Of a stretch of DNA of 64,000 nucleotides, positions 10,037 through 19,348 are shown piece by piece. Origin of the DNA: Candidatus Poribacteria bacterium. GTDB taxonomy: Bacteria > Poribacteria > WGA-4E > WGA-3G. The DNA is taken from positions 3,872,001-3,936,000 of the forward strand of contig CAXXLX010000001.1 in assembly GCA_963665235.2 (NCBI GenBank), read 5' to 3'. Within the stretch, counting starts at the first letter, position 1. The number at the start of each line of letters is the position of its first letter. Both the position numbers and the translations under genes were made by a program. Below the pieces are notes generated by a model, which searched no databases, was not told where the DNA came from, and saw only the letters and a list, made by a program, of their open reading frames with translations.

Positions 10037-11185
10037 CTAATCGCTCCTATTGTTGCATTCCGCAATTAACGTATCCAAATTCACAAATTTGACCGAAATA
10101 CCGTTGTATTCTTTGGTAAAAGGCTGTGCTACGTCGTGTGCGGCGACAAGATTCTTCCTCTCCGGATATTGTCTACGGAATGCAAGCAGGGGCCGTGGCG
10201 AAAATCCGGAAACAGTCCATTTGCATTCAATGGCGAGCGGGTTGCTACGTGCATGCGTCAGCACAAAATCAACTTCATGCCCTCTTTTGTCTCGCCAGTA
10301 CTGAATGTTGCGAGATTGGGTATAAGCCATAATTTCGTTGAGGACGATGTGTTCCCAAAGCGGGCCCAGGTCATCTTGTCGCAATTGCAACCATCGCTTG
10401 TAGTAGCAGACGAACCCGGTGTCGAAGCCGTAAACCTTCGGGGCGGTAACAATTTCAGTTGGGCATCTGGAGCTGAAAGGTCTGACAATGTGGACGACGA
10501 AAGTTGCCTCCAAAATGGCGAGATAGTTCGATATGGTGGTGCGGCTAACTTCACAGAGGCGTGCAAAGCGAGGTGCTTCAAAAATTCCGCCGCTTTGCGC
10601 CATAAGCAGTTCCGCGAATTTCTGAAACGAGTATCGGCGTTCAAGGCGAAAAAGTTCTTGTATATCCCTTGCCCAATAGGCATCCATCCATTCTTGGAAT
10701 TGATGTTCCGGGAGTTCCGCCTCAAGGAAAAAGGGCGGCACACCGCCGTGCAACAAGCGGTGGCGCATGTCTACCCGCTTGAAATCATCAAGGTCCGATC
10801 TTACCATGGGGGTTAACCACAATTCGGTTTTACGGCCGGCAAGTGTATCCCGAAATTTTGCACTTGCACCAAGCGTTGATGAACCGGTTGCCACGATATG
10901 AACTTGCGGATAGTAGTCAGCTGCGATTTTTAGGAGCTCCGATGGGTTGGACAGCCGATGAATCTCCTCCAGCACAACACGCCTATCCCCGATACTCTCA
11001 AGAAATCCCTGCGGGTCTTCCATCAATTGTCTCACGCGTGGGAGTTCACAATCAAAATATTCAATATCGGGCAACGTTTGACATAGACACGTCTTCCCAA
11101 CGCGTCGGACTCCGGACAGCCACACAACCGAGCGACGGTCCCAAGCAGTCTCAATTCGGTTAAGCCAAAATTGTCTTTCTATCAT
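10037..11185 (-). CDS. AAA_14 + DUF4143 ATP-binding protein
   Basis: GVRRVGKT Walker A, ATGSS, LAGR, GGVP, PKVYGFDTG, EVDFV...AIECK. Confidence 0.85.
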   Translation of the reverse strand: MIERQFWLNRIETAWDRRSVVWLSGVRRVGKTCLCQTLPDIEYFDCELPRVRQLMEDPQGFLESIGDRRVVLEEIHRLSNPSELLKIAADYYPQVHIVATGSSTLGASAKFRDTLAGRKTELWLTPMVRSDLDDFKRVDMRHRLLHGGVPPFFLEAELPEHQFQEWMDAYWARDIQELFRLERRYSFQKFAELLMAQSGGIFEAPRFARLCEVSRTTISNYLAILEATFVVHIVRPFSSRCPTEIVTAPKVYGFDTGFVCYYKRWLQLRQDDLGPLWEHIVLNEIMAYTQSRNIQYWRDKRGHEVDFVLTHARSNPLAIECKWTVSGFSPRPLLAFRRQYPERKNLVAAHDVAQPFTKEYNGISVKFVNLDTLIAECNNRSD

Positions 11186-11291
11186 AATAGCTTTATAATA
11201 GCATATCGTGTACTATATGTCAACTCTATTTGCACATAGTAGCACTATATGCAAATCTGCTTGCACATAGTAGCGGTTTTAGATATTTAGT

Positions 11292-13283
11292 TCAATCTAT
11301 TCTCCTGCGTTGATACAGAAACCACTCTACGACGCTTAAAATCACAGCTAGAAATATAAGGTAGAGCCAAGGCGGATACCGAAAAAATGAGCCGCCCCCG
11401 AGCAGTTCCGAGCCTGTCAATAGCTCCTCAATTTCAGCAGCAGCCCCGATGTGTGATTCTGTTTCGCTAGCAAGATTGACAGCCCATACCTTTTTCTCGA
11501 CATCCGCTTCTATTGCTGTTTCGTTTACCGGTTCGGATGAGAGGCGCAATTCATAAAAACCTGCTTGTTGTGTCTGGTCGAAGAGCAGGGAATCATTTTC
11601 AACAGGAACATCCCACGTTTTCTCTCCGGGACCGCTAACCTGGACAGTCCTTGGCGTGTTTTCGACATGTGGGTTAGGTTGTGTCTGCGGCTCCTGCTGC
11701 GCCTCCATTTTATAACGGAGCACTTCGCCTGTCCGCAGATGGTATTCCTGAATTCCTTCGCTCTGCTGGAACCACTGAATGGTGTTGGCAATAATGACAG
11801 GAAAGGCGATACGCAACGGCAAATCGGATTGCAGAATGTTGATAGCTGCAAAGACAATTTTGCGAGTGGGCGTAACATCAACGAATAGAATAGGCGATTC
11901 AAAAGAACGCGCGAGCACATGGGCTGTCGAGGGAGGGGTAACCTGATACGCCTCACCGATTTGTACATTCTCCAAATGAACGTGCCGCAGAATCGGGTGT
12001 GTCCGTTCCCAATCGGTGATAATAGGCGTTTCAAGCGGTTCACCGATATTCCACATTGCGGTGTCCCCTTCATTCGCTTTAGGCGGATAGATGAACATAT
12101 AATTGCCATCCCCGAGTATCGGCGGACTGAACCGATCGAAGATAATAACCTGATAACCGCTTGCAGTCGGGTCATATTCCGCAGGGGTTACAACGCTGAG
12201 TGCCAATTTTTCATCGACAGAGAGGACTTTTTCAAGGAATGGATTGTCATCCGCCACAAGCAGCACAGAAATCCGTTCGCGCTTAGGCAACGTAGCATAA
12301 GCGACGTTGTCAGTGTGTAGTGCATCTTCAACATCTAACACCGCCTTAAGTTGTCCGCCTTCAAAGGCGAAATTACCGAAAATTTCGGAGCGGCTCTCAC
12401 CGGGGGCAAGCGTGTAGGGACGCACATCAAAGAGGTTTTCATTGAAATAAAGCTCAACGTTGCACCTTTTTTCTTCCGCCGAGGCGTTGACAACGGTCAG
12501 CAGTGTTTGGTAATCAAAGGCGTTAGCGATACTTTTTCGCACCCGAAATTGTGTGATGCCGACATTATCCATCTCCTCACCAATGCGGAGGAGATGAAGT
12601 TTAACTTTTTCCACCTCTTCGGGTGGAACATCTTGGGCACTCACTCCTTGAAATGTAGTGAGCAGTTCTTCAGAAACCGCCTGAAAATCGCTGAGAACAA
12701 TAATTTCAGGATTAGACTTCGTTCGGGCGACAGTGTACGCTAAATCCACAGCGGGGTTCAGGTCTGTCTCTATATCGGTAGGCTGAATCGCTTCAATTGC
12801 CTGCCGAAGGGTTTTCTGATGCCCGGTAAACGGACTGTGAATTATAGGTTGTGTATGACAACTGATGATTGTCATTTCATCCATGAAGCGAAGTCCTTGG
12901 ACGATTCGGAGGGCTTGCTGTTTTGCGGAATCCAGTCGGGATTCGGTAGAGGGGTTATCAGACTCAAAGGTCAATACCGCATTCATGCTCGCGGAATGAT
13001 CGATTATGAGGATAAGCTGCCGCGCGGACCGCGTCAGGAATGCAAGCTGCGGCCGGGCAATAGCAAACACTAACAATGCAAGAAATAGCAATTGCAACAG
13101 GAGCGATAGGAGATGTTTGAGTCTTTGAAATAGGGATGTAGTTTGCCGCTCCTTGAAGAGCTGCTCCCAGAACATTAGGGTTGAAACCGGTTCACGCCGC
13201 CGCCTTAATTTGAGGATGTACAACGCGATAATCGGAATTGCTAGGGCAAATAGGAATAGAGAGGTGGGAGATAAGAAATTCAT
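11292..13283 (-). CDS. BatA N-terminal / vWA domain membrane protein
   Basis: MNFLSP...IPIIALY...ARP N-terminus, DHSASM MIDAS motif, C-terminal TM ending EWFLYQRR. Confidence 0.85.
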   Translation of the reverse strand: MNFLSPTSLFLFALAIPIIALYILKLRRRREPVSTLMFWEQLFKERQTTSLFQRLKHLLSLLLQLLFLALLVFAIARPQLAFLTRSARQLILIIDHSASMNAVLTFESDNPSTESRLDSAKQQALRIVQGLRFMDEMTIISCHTQPIIHSPFTGHQKTLRQAIEAIQPTDIETDLNPAVDLAYTVARTKSNPEIIVLSDFQAVSEELLTTFQGVSAQDVPPEEVEKVKLHLLRIGEEMDNVGITQFRVRKSIANAFDYQTLLTVVNASAEEKRCNVELYFNENLFDVRPYTLAPGESRSEIFGNFAFEGGQLKAVLDVEDALHTDNVAYATLPKRERISVLLVADDNPFLEKVLSVDEKLALSVVTPAEYDPTASGYQVIIFDRFSPPILGDGNYMFIYPPKANEGDTAMWNIGEPLETPIITDWERTHPILRHVHLENVQIGEAYQVTPPSTAHVLARSFESPILFVDVTPTRKIVFAAINILQSDLPLRIAFPVIIANTIQWFQQSEGIQEYHLRTGEVLRYKMEAQQEPQTQPNPHVENTPRTVQVSGPGEKTWDVPVENDSLLFDQTQQAGFYELRLSSEPVNETAIEADVEKKVWAVNLASETESHIGAAAEIEELLTGSELLGGGSFFRYPPWLYLIFLAVILSVVEWFLYQRRRID

Positions 13284-13348
13284 CTATCAATGTTTATTTG
13301 TTTCTTCCTCTTGCCAATGGTTTCCAACAGCCAACAGCCAATAGCCAA

Positions 13349-14236
13349 TCAAGACACAAAACCGCCCATTCGGAAAATACGCAGAATAAGCTCTTCAAAA
13401 GGGGATGTCGTCGTTGTCCGGACAAGGCCAATCTCTCGCTGTGTACAATATCGGTCAAGGTCATCACAATATTTTTTGAAAAGGGTTTTGTAACGTTTAA
13501 TGTGATTTTCATTAATGGTAACAGGGCGGAGTTGATTCGTCTCAACATCGACGAGGTGATAATCGCCAAGGAGCGTGGGCTCGGCTTCCTTTTCATCAAT
13601 AATGTGAATGACGAAGAGGTCATGTTTCTGAAATTTGAGCATATTCAGGCCGGCGGTGAACCCCTTCGGATCAAAGAGGTCGGAAATCAGGACGACTAAC
13701 CCGCGGCGTTTGGTCATGTGAACGAAATTGTGGAATGCAGTTTCCAAATCGGTTTCGCCTGTTCCCTGAATCTGGTCGAGGAAATTGAGGACGTTGAAAA
13801 TTTTTCCTTTTCCGCGTTCCGTAGGTAACCGATGCACGTCGGTCGTATTAAAAGCGGTAATACCGATTCGGTCGAGATTGGATAAACCGATATAGGCAAG
13901 CGCAGCGGCAACCTGTTTGGCATAGATGAGTTTCGGTAATTCTCCGTAAGTCATGGATTGACTGGCATCGACGAGGAAATAGATATGCAAGTCTTCGCGC
14001 TCTTCGTAGAGTTTTAGCAGCAGTTCATCTAATCTTGCGAAGGCGTTCCAATCGATATAGCGAAAATCGTCGCCGGGGGTGTAGTTCCGGTAATCGGCAA
14101 ATTCTACGCTAACCCCGCGCCGGGTGCTACGCCGTTCCGCCTTGATGCGTCCGGCAAAAATCTTTTTTGAGACGATATAGAGGTACTCAAGTTTTTTGAG
14201 AAACTCGCTATCGAAGGCGGACTGTGTCCCGTTCAT
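13349..14236 (-). CDS. DUF58 family protein
   Basis: EFADYRNYTPGDDFRYIDWN, DASQSM, ISD. Confidence 0.9.
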   Translation of the reverse strand: MNGTQSAFDSEFLKKLEYLYIVSKKIFAGRIKAERRSTRRGVSVEFADYRNYTPGDDFRYIDWNAFARLDELLLKLYEEREDLHIYFLVDASQSMTYGELPKLIYAKQVAAALAYIGLSNLDRIGITAFNTTDVHRLPTERGKGKIFNVLNFLDQIQGTGETDLETAFHNFVHMTKRRGLVVLISDLFDPKGFTAGLNMLKFQKHDLFVIHIIDEKEAEPTLLGDYHLVDVETNQLRPVTINENHIKRYKTLFKKYCDDLDRYCTQREIGLVRTTTTSPFEELILRIFRMGGFVS

Positions 14237-14285
14237 CTAAATGTCCTCTTTAAGTTCCCCCTGCTTGCGGGGGTTAGGGGGGGCT

Positions 14286-15269
14286 TCAATCAATTTCCTC
14301 TAACAGCCGCTGAATGATTTCGTCAGGGTCAATCCCTTCCGCCTCACCTTCAAAGCTAAGAATAAGTCGATGACGCAGGCTTGGCAGTGCCACAGTCTGA
14401 ATGTCCTCACGTGCGACGTTGTATCTGCCATCAAGAATTGCTCGGACCTTGCCTGCCAGGATAAGGGCTTGCGCGCCGCGGGGACTTGACCCGTATCGAA
14501 CATATTTTTTTGTGAGTTCCGGGGCATCCTCAACTTCGGGATGTGTTCCCATAACGATTCGTAGGGCATATCTACGCACATCTTCGGCAATTAGGATGTC
14601 TCGGACTATCTGTTCCAGTTCGTTAATGGACTCACCATCGCAAACCTTACTAACAGAAGGCATTTCGCGCTTGGTTGTGCGTTCCATAACGAGGTCAAGT
14701 TCATCGAGGCTTGGGTATTCAACCTTGAGTTTGAAAAAGAAGCGGTCCAGTTGCGCCTCTGGCAGGGGATAGGTGCCCTCCATTTCGAGGGGGTTTTGCG
14801 TAGCCATGACGAAGAACGGTAAAGTTAGCTGTCGCTGTTGTCCGGCAACAGTGACAGATTTTTCCTGCATCGCCTCAAGCAGAGCCGATTGTGTTTTGGG
14901 TGTTGCCCGGTTGATTTCGTCAGCGAGGACAAGATTTGCGAAGATAGGGCCGGGTTGGAATTCAAAGAATTTTCTCCCGGCTTCATCTTCCGCCACGACA
15001 GTCGTTCCCACGATGTCGGCGGGCATCAGATCAGGCGTGAACTGAATTCGGGAATCTTCCAAATCGAGTACTTCATGCAGCGTTCGGATGAGGAGCGTTT
15101 TGCCTAAGCCGGGGACACCCTCTAATAGCGCGTGTCCCCCTGTCATGAGGCAAATCAGCACACCTTCAATAATATCCTTTTGTCCGACGATGCGTTTGGA
15201 GACCTCCTGTTGTATTTTCAGGAAGGTCTCCCGGAATTCTTCATATTTTTGTTCAGCGTGTTCGGACAT
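14286..15269 (-). CDS. moxR: MoxR family AAA+ ATPase
   Basis: GVPGLGKT, RIQFTPDLMP, LADEINRATPKTQSALLEAM, ATQNP, LPEAQLDRF. Confidence 0.92.
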   Translation of the reverse strand: MSEHAEQKYEEFRETFLKIQQEVSKRIVGQKDIIEGVLICLMTGGHALLEGVPGLGKTLLIRTLHEVLDLEDSRIQFTPDLMPADIVGTTVVAEDEAGRKFFEFQPGPIFANLVLADEINRATPKTQSALLEAMQEKSVTVAGQQRQLTLPFFVMATQNPLEMEGTYPLPEAQLDRFFFKLKVEYPSLDELDLVMERTTKREMPSVSKVCDGESINELEQIVRDILIAEDVRRYALRIVMGTHPEVEDAPELTKKYVRYGSSPRGAQALILAGKVRAILDGRYNVAREDIQTVALPSLRHRLILSFEGEAEGIDPDEIIQRLLEEID

Positions 15270-15277
15270 CTCTTCCT

Positions 15278-16765
15278 CTACTCGTCGCTCGGCTTAATCG
15301 ATTCAAAATAACGTTTCACGTAGAACTTATACCCCAATGGAATCTGTTCTTGGGTGAGGGCATCTTCGGAAAGCTTCTGATATTTCATGTAGGCATCCTT
15401 ATAGCTGAGTGCGGATTGTTGTCCTTCAGCAGAGACCTCATCCGTTTGGACAGTAGAATCCCCTTCCCCCTGGACACCGGTGACGTGTTCGAGGTTCAGT
15501 TGAGAATCGAGTGAAGTGCGCTGTCCATGTTGGGTTGCGGAGGTTTGTTCACCTGCACCTTCGCTAGGTCTATTACTAAGTCGCTGTGTTAAACCGAGCC
15601 CTTTGCCTTCTCCTTTGCCTTGGCAAGCTCCAGCGATACATGCTTTGCACGCTTCGCATTCGGCGAGCAGTTTTGCCAGTTGGAGGTTACGGTTTTTGAG
15701 CAGGCTAAAGTCGCTTATCTTTTTACCTGCAGCTCGGAGTCCTTTTTGCGTTCCCTCCATGTCGTTTGCCTCCAACGCTGTGCCTGCTTTTGATAATTCC
15801 CCGCCAAGGCCATCACTTTGGGTGCCTTTAAGGCTTTTGCCGGCGCGTTTGAGTTCATCAGAGAGGTTTTGCCGTTTTTCTGCGTCAAACTTCGGTACAT
15901 CTTTGGCGACCTTTTCAAGTTTTTGTGCGGCTTTTTGGTAATCCCCGATTTTTAGCTGCTGTCCGAATTCCCCGAGGATAGGATTGCCGATGAACTGCTG
16001 CGCAAGCTCCTTCATGAGCTTCTCTTGCTGTGCAAGCTTGGCGGGGTTAAGTTTCGTTTTCAACAAAGCACTTAGTTCTGTCATTCGTGCGAGTGCTTCC
16101 TTGGGGGCAATCTGCGGTTTTTTCAATTGAAGGGTTCGTTCTTCAATCTCTTTCAAAATCTCCTCAAGTTCAGCATCGTCGCTCTGTTCGGCTTCCTTCT
16201 TTGCCTCCTCAATTTTTTTCAATAAGGTGTCGGCTTCCGCTGCGATTTGCGGCGAGAAGTCAATTTCGGTTGAGGTCGCTGGCGGTGAGAAAAACTCTAC
16301 AAACGAGAAAGTGATGAGAAAAATCGCTATAATCGCGATAAATTTGGTTTGACGCGGCACAGTGTATCGCGCAACCTGTTTAATGGGGATTGCTTCCAGT
16401 CTTTTAGACGTATCTTGCAGCTGAAGGGCAGTCAGCGGCTCATCGGTTTTACGTTCAATCTGCTCCAATCCACTTACAACGCGGTCTTTAAGGGATGCGT
16501 CTATATCAATTGCGCGGGCTGCTTCGTAGAGATTGACAGGTCGAATGAGGCAGACGACGAGTGCAACCGCAGCAATACCGCACGCCACATAGAGGAATAC
16601 CAGCGGTGAGATGTTAAACGATGTGACGAAACTATCAACGATAACCACCGGTACACAGACCAAAAGTCCGTAAAATAGAAACATGGCGAGGGTTTGAAAA
16701 TATTTCTGGACGCTTAAGCGTCGGCGTACGCTGTGAATTTTTTCGAGAATCAATTTTTCCTGCAT
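15278..16765 (-). CDS. Membrane protein with long coiled coil, MoxR-operon associated
   Basis: ATG at 16765 after AGGAG; TM segments, coiled coil, C-terminal IPLGYKFYVKRYF. Confidence 0.75.
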   Translation of the reverse strand: MQEKLILEKIHSVRRRLSVQKYFQTLAMFLFYGLLVCVPVVIVDSFVTSFNISPLVFLYVACGIAAVALVVCLIRPVNLYEAARAIDIDASLKDRVVSGLEQIERKTDEPLTALQLQDTSKRLEAIPIKQVARYTVPRQTKFIAIIAIFLITFSFVEFFSPPATSTEIDFSPQIAAEADTLLKKIEEAKKEAEQSDDAELEEILKEIEERTLQLKKPQIAPKEALARMTELSALLKTKLNPAKLAQQEKLMKELAQQFIGNPILGEFGQQLKIGDYQKAAQKLEKVAKDVPKFDAEKRQNLSDELKRAGKSLKGTQSDGLGGELSKAGTALEANDMEGTQKGLRAAGKKISDFSLLKNRNLQLAKLLAECEACKACIAGACQGKGEGKGLGLTQRLSNRPSEGAGEQTSATQHGQRTSLDSQLNLEHVTGVQGEGDSTVQTDEVSAEGQQSALSYKDAYMKYQKLSEDALTQEQIPLGYKFYVKRYFESIKPSDE

Positions 16766-16880
16766 GAAGTTGTTCTCCTTGTAGAGGAATTCGCTGAAAA
16801 AATAGGCGAACTGTCGGTAAATACAGGTCACGGTTTTCGGAGAAAGGATTGCATCGGCCCCGTTCTCCGCGTCCATTTTA

Positions 16881-17032
16881 ACCCAAATTGCTACTTATAA
16901 GTTTTTAGACCTGGAAACACCGTCTTTAATGAAGATATGCTGATAATTAGCTAATATTTGTCCCGTTCACTTCCAATTTGCACACAAATATGCACAATCT
17001 GGAAGATTATGCTACTATGTGGCAACTTGCGT
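16881..17032 (-). mobile_element. MITE-like element family B (copy 2)
   Basis: Reverse complement of 7539-7691; near-duplicated flanks CATTTTA/TATTTTA. Confidence 0.75.
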
Positions 17033-17090
17033 TATTTTATAGTATATCACATTTTTATGGGGAATGTCAAGTTTTTTTGGCTAGCTGACA

Positions 17091-18122
17091 TCAATCCACT
17101 TGCTTGATATGCCCCCATTGGATAGCGAGCTTGTCCAACGGAAACACACCCAGAAAACCCGGAGACCAATGCGGATGGTAGTCCCCCTTCGGATGCTTCG
17201 TTAGGTTTGTCAGACTACGACTATCCAGCCTATACCGATAGATTTCATAATTGGAAGTCGGAGCATCCAAGTCAGCTTTCATAGATAAAAGCACCGTCCG
17301 GTCGTCACCCATCCAACACTGTGTAGCGATGAGTGCATCGTTCCCGAAATCGTGTTCCTCACGATGCCCTGTGAATACGTTCTGAATGATGAGACGTACA
17401 GCAACAATACTCCAATCCCCGTTTCCCTTCCGTTCTGTTTCGCGATACATGATATAGGTGCCTGATGGAGACCAACTGGGGCCCCCTAAAAAGAAGTTGT
17501 GAGGTTTTCGGGGGCTGAACCGTTCTTTCCTTGTGCCATCCGCTTTCATAATCCAAATGTTTTCGCCATCCTTCCCCTCGTATTCATAAGCAAGCTGATT
17601 GCCTGATGGAGAGTAGTCCAGCCGGTGAACCCACCCTTTCCCGATATTGTCTGTCAGTTGGCGAAGGTTCGTGCCATCTAAGTCCATCGCATAGATATCC
17701 GCCTCGCCCGAACGATAACTCTTAAACGCAATCTGTTTGCCGTTTGGCGACACAACAGGGTGGCTATCTGTCGGATGGGTGTTCGGCACCTGGTCTGCCT
17801 CCGGAGCCCCTTTGACAGAGAGAATATAAAACTCGGAATCTTTGCCGATAGCTGCTCCTTTTGTTAGGTCTCGCACAAACATGACCTGTTTACCATCCGG
17901 AAACCAGCGCGGATTCCTATCATGAAATTCCGAATGCGTGAGCCGGTGAACGTTTCGACCGTTATCGTCCATCACGTAAAGCTGGCGGGTCCTCCCATCA
18001 CTACGCCTACTATTAAAAACAATCTTGGCGTGAGGGGTTTGTAGCAGCAGAAAAAGAAAAACAATGACCAGGATGGCACCGCACCAAAACCTACAGGACC
18101 CGACAAGAAGTTTATGTTTCAT
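17091..18122 (-). CDS. Secreted TolB-like (PD40 repeat) beta-propeller protein with conserved C-terminal tail
   Basis: Signal peptide; P-x-W-(S/F)PDG/SPNG repeats, IYAMDLDGTNLRQLT; ends VFPLDKLAIQWGHIK. Confidence 0.85.
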   Translation of the reverse strand: MKHKLLVGSCRFWCGAILVIVFLFLLLQTPHAKIVFNSRRSDGRTRQLYVMDDNGRNVHRLTHSEFHDRNPRWFPDGKQVMFVRDLTKGAAIGKDSEFYILSVKGAPEADQVPNTHPTDSHPVVSPNGKQIAFKSYRSGEADIYAMDLDGTNLRQLTDNIGKGWVHRLDYSPSGNQLAYEYEGKDGENIWIMKADGTRKERFSPRKPHNFFLGGPSWSPSGTYIMYRETERKGNGDWSIVAVRLIIQNVFTGHREEHDFGNDALIATQCWMGDDRTVLLSMKADLDAPTSNYEIYRYRLDSRSLTNLTKHPKGDYHPHWSPGFLGVFPLDKLAIQWGHIKQVD

Positions 18123-18182
18123 GAGAAAACTCCTTTTGAGGAATGCGGCTGCTCTGATGAGAGACAGCCGCGATTGGTTTCC

Positions 18183-19043
18183 CTATTCGTCCATTTCTAT
18201 GTCATCAAATGTTAGGTCCTGATACCCTTCTGCTTTGAATTTATCTTGTGGCTTCCATCCAACGTAGTGCGACACTGCCACCGTGGTCTCGGCTTCCACT
18301 CGGAACACATCTTCTTCTTCCCAGTCCCAATTTTTCAACCCATCATAAGACTTAGATGGGCTCTCAAGATCGACTAAGGGCTGGGTATCACCATCAGACA
18401 CTTTGCCCCTATTCACAACTAAAGGCAGCGTGTAAATGTCCTGAAGATGCTCGGCCTTCTCCCCGGGTTGTGTAATCCGGGTAATCCAAAGTTGGTATTT
18501 AAAAGCATAGAAGAGGTCCTGTCCTGTTATATTTGCAATCTCTCCGTATAGGTTCCAGTAGGCAGTAGCTCCGCGCCATCCTATTGAGGTGACTTCCGCA
18601 TGAACCCACGCCCCGGTGCTGCCCCCAAAGCCATTATCGGAATCTACAACGTCCGCCGTTGGGCGATAGGCTGTCACATCGTAGGACGCAGTGTCCGTTA
18701 GCGGCGCGTCCATTCTACAAGCGACCGCCTTGATTGTATGGCGGGTACCATAAACGGTGAGATCAAAGTGGGAGGGAATAGGAGTGAAAGACGCTTTTGT
18801 TTTGGCATGACCCCCATAGCTATAGCCTGCTAAAACATCATTAACATACCAGATAACGCTATAGTAGGGCTCATCCGTTTCCAATGTCGCGGTGTGTAGC
18901 ACAAGGCTACCGTCAACACGAATGTCATAATTCTTATCCTCGGGTTCCATTTTCAGAATCTCAAAACCCTCCGTGTAGCCCACAAAACCGAGGGTAAACA
19001 GTGCTGCGATTGTTGCGATGCTGAGCAATATCCTAAATTTCAT
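18183..19043 (-). CDS. Secreted hypothetical protein, distant paralog of 38705..39500
   Basis: Signal peptide, AGGAG RBS; ATLETDEPYYSVIWYV and TAYRP motifs shared with the 38705 protein. Confidence 0.75.
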   Translation of the reverse strand: MKFRILLSIATIAALFTLGFVGYTEGFEILKMEPEDKNYDIRVDGSLVLHTATLETDEPYYSVIWYVNDVLAGYSYGGHAKTKASFTPIPSHFDLTVYGTRHTIKAVACRMDAPLTDTASYDVTAYRPTADVVDSDNGFGGSTGAWVHAEVTSIGWRGATAYWNLYGEIANITGQDLFYAFKYQLWITRITQPGEKAEHLQDIYTLPLVVNRGKVSDGDTQPLVDLESPSKSYDGLKNWDWEEEDVFRVEAETTVAVSHYVGWKPQDKFKAEGYQDLTFDDIEMDE

Positions 19044-19204
19044 GTTTCATCTCCTGTTGACACCAAGATAGGTGCCGGTAGTTTCTAAAATAAACAGTGA
19101 TCCCAAACTTCAAAGAGGGGTACCCAACAACAAACGCAGCGGGTTAATATATGGGGACCGCTCATGTCAAGCTGAGTTTGTTGTTTAATCGTAACATCTT
19201 TATT

Positions 19205-19234
19205 CATTCTAAAATAAAGAGATAAAAAAGTCAA
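19205..19234 (-). promoter_or_regulatory. Putative sigma70 promoter for the 19043/18122 operon
   Basis: TTGACT-17 bp-TAGAAT on the minus strand. Confidence 0.5.
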
Positions 19235-19348
19235 GAAAAAATACTTGGCTCTTGGTAATTAGCTATTGGCTATTGGTTATTGGCAATTAGCAAGAAATAT
19301 AAGAAGAATCGCTAGCACAGCTCGCTCCTAACAAAAGAGGGTCTCCTT

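Noticed and set aside
15278-16876. Start at 16876 for the MoxR-associated gene
   Set aside because: ATG at 16765 has an AGGAG RBS; the extension abuts a MITE and does not look coding
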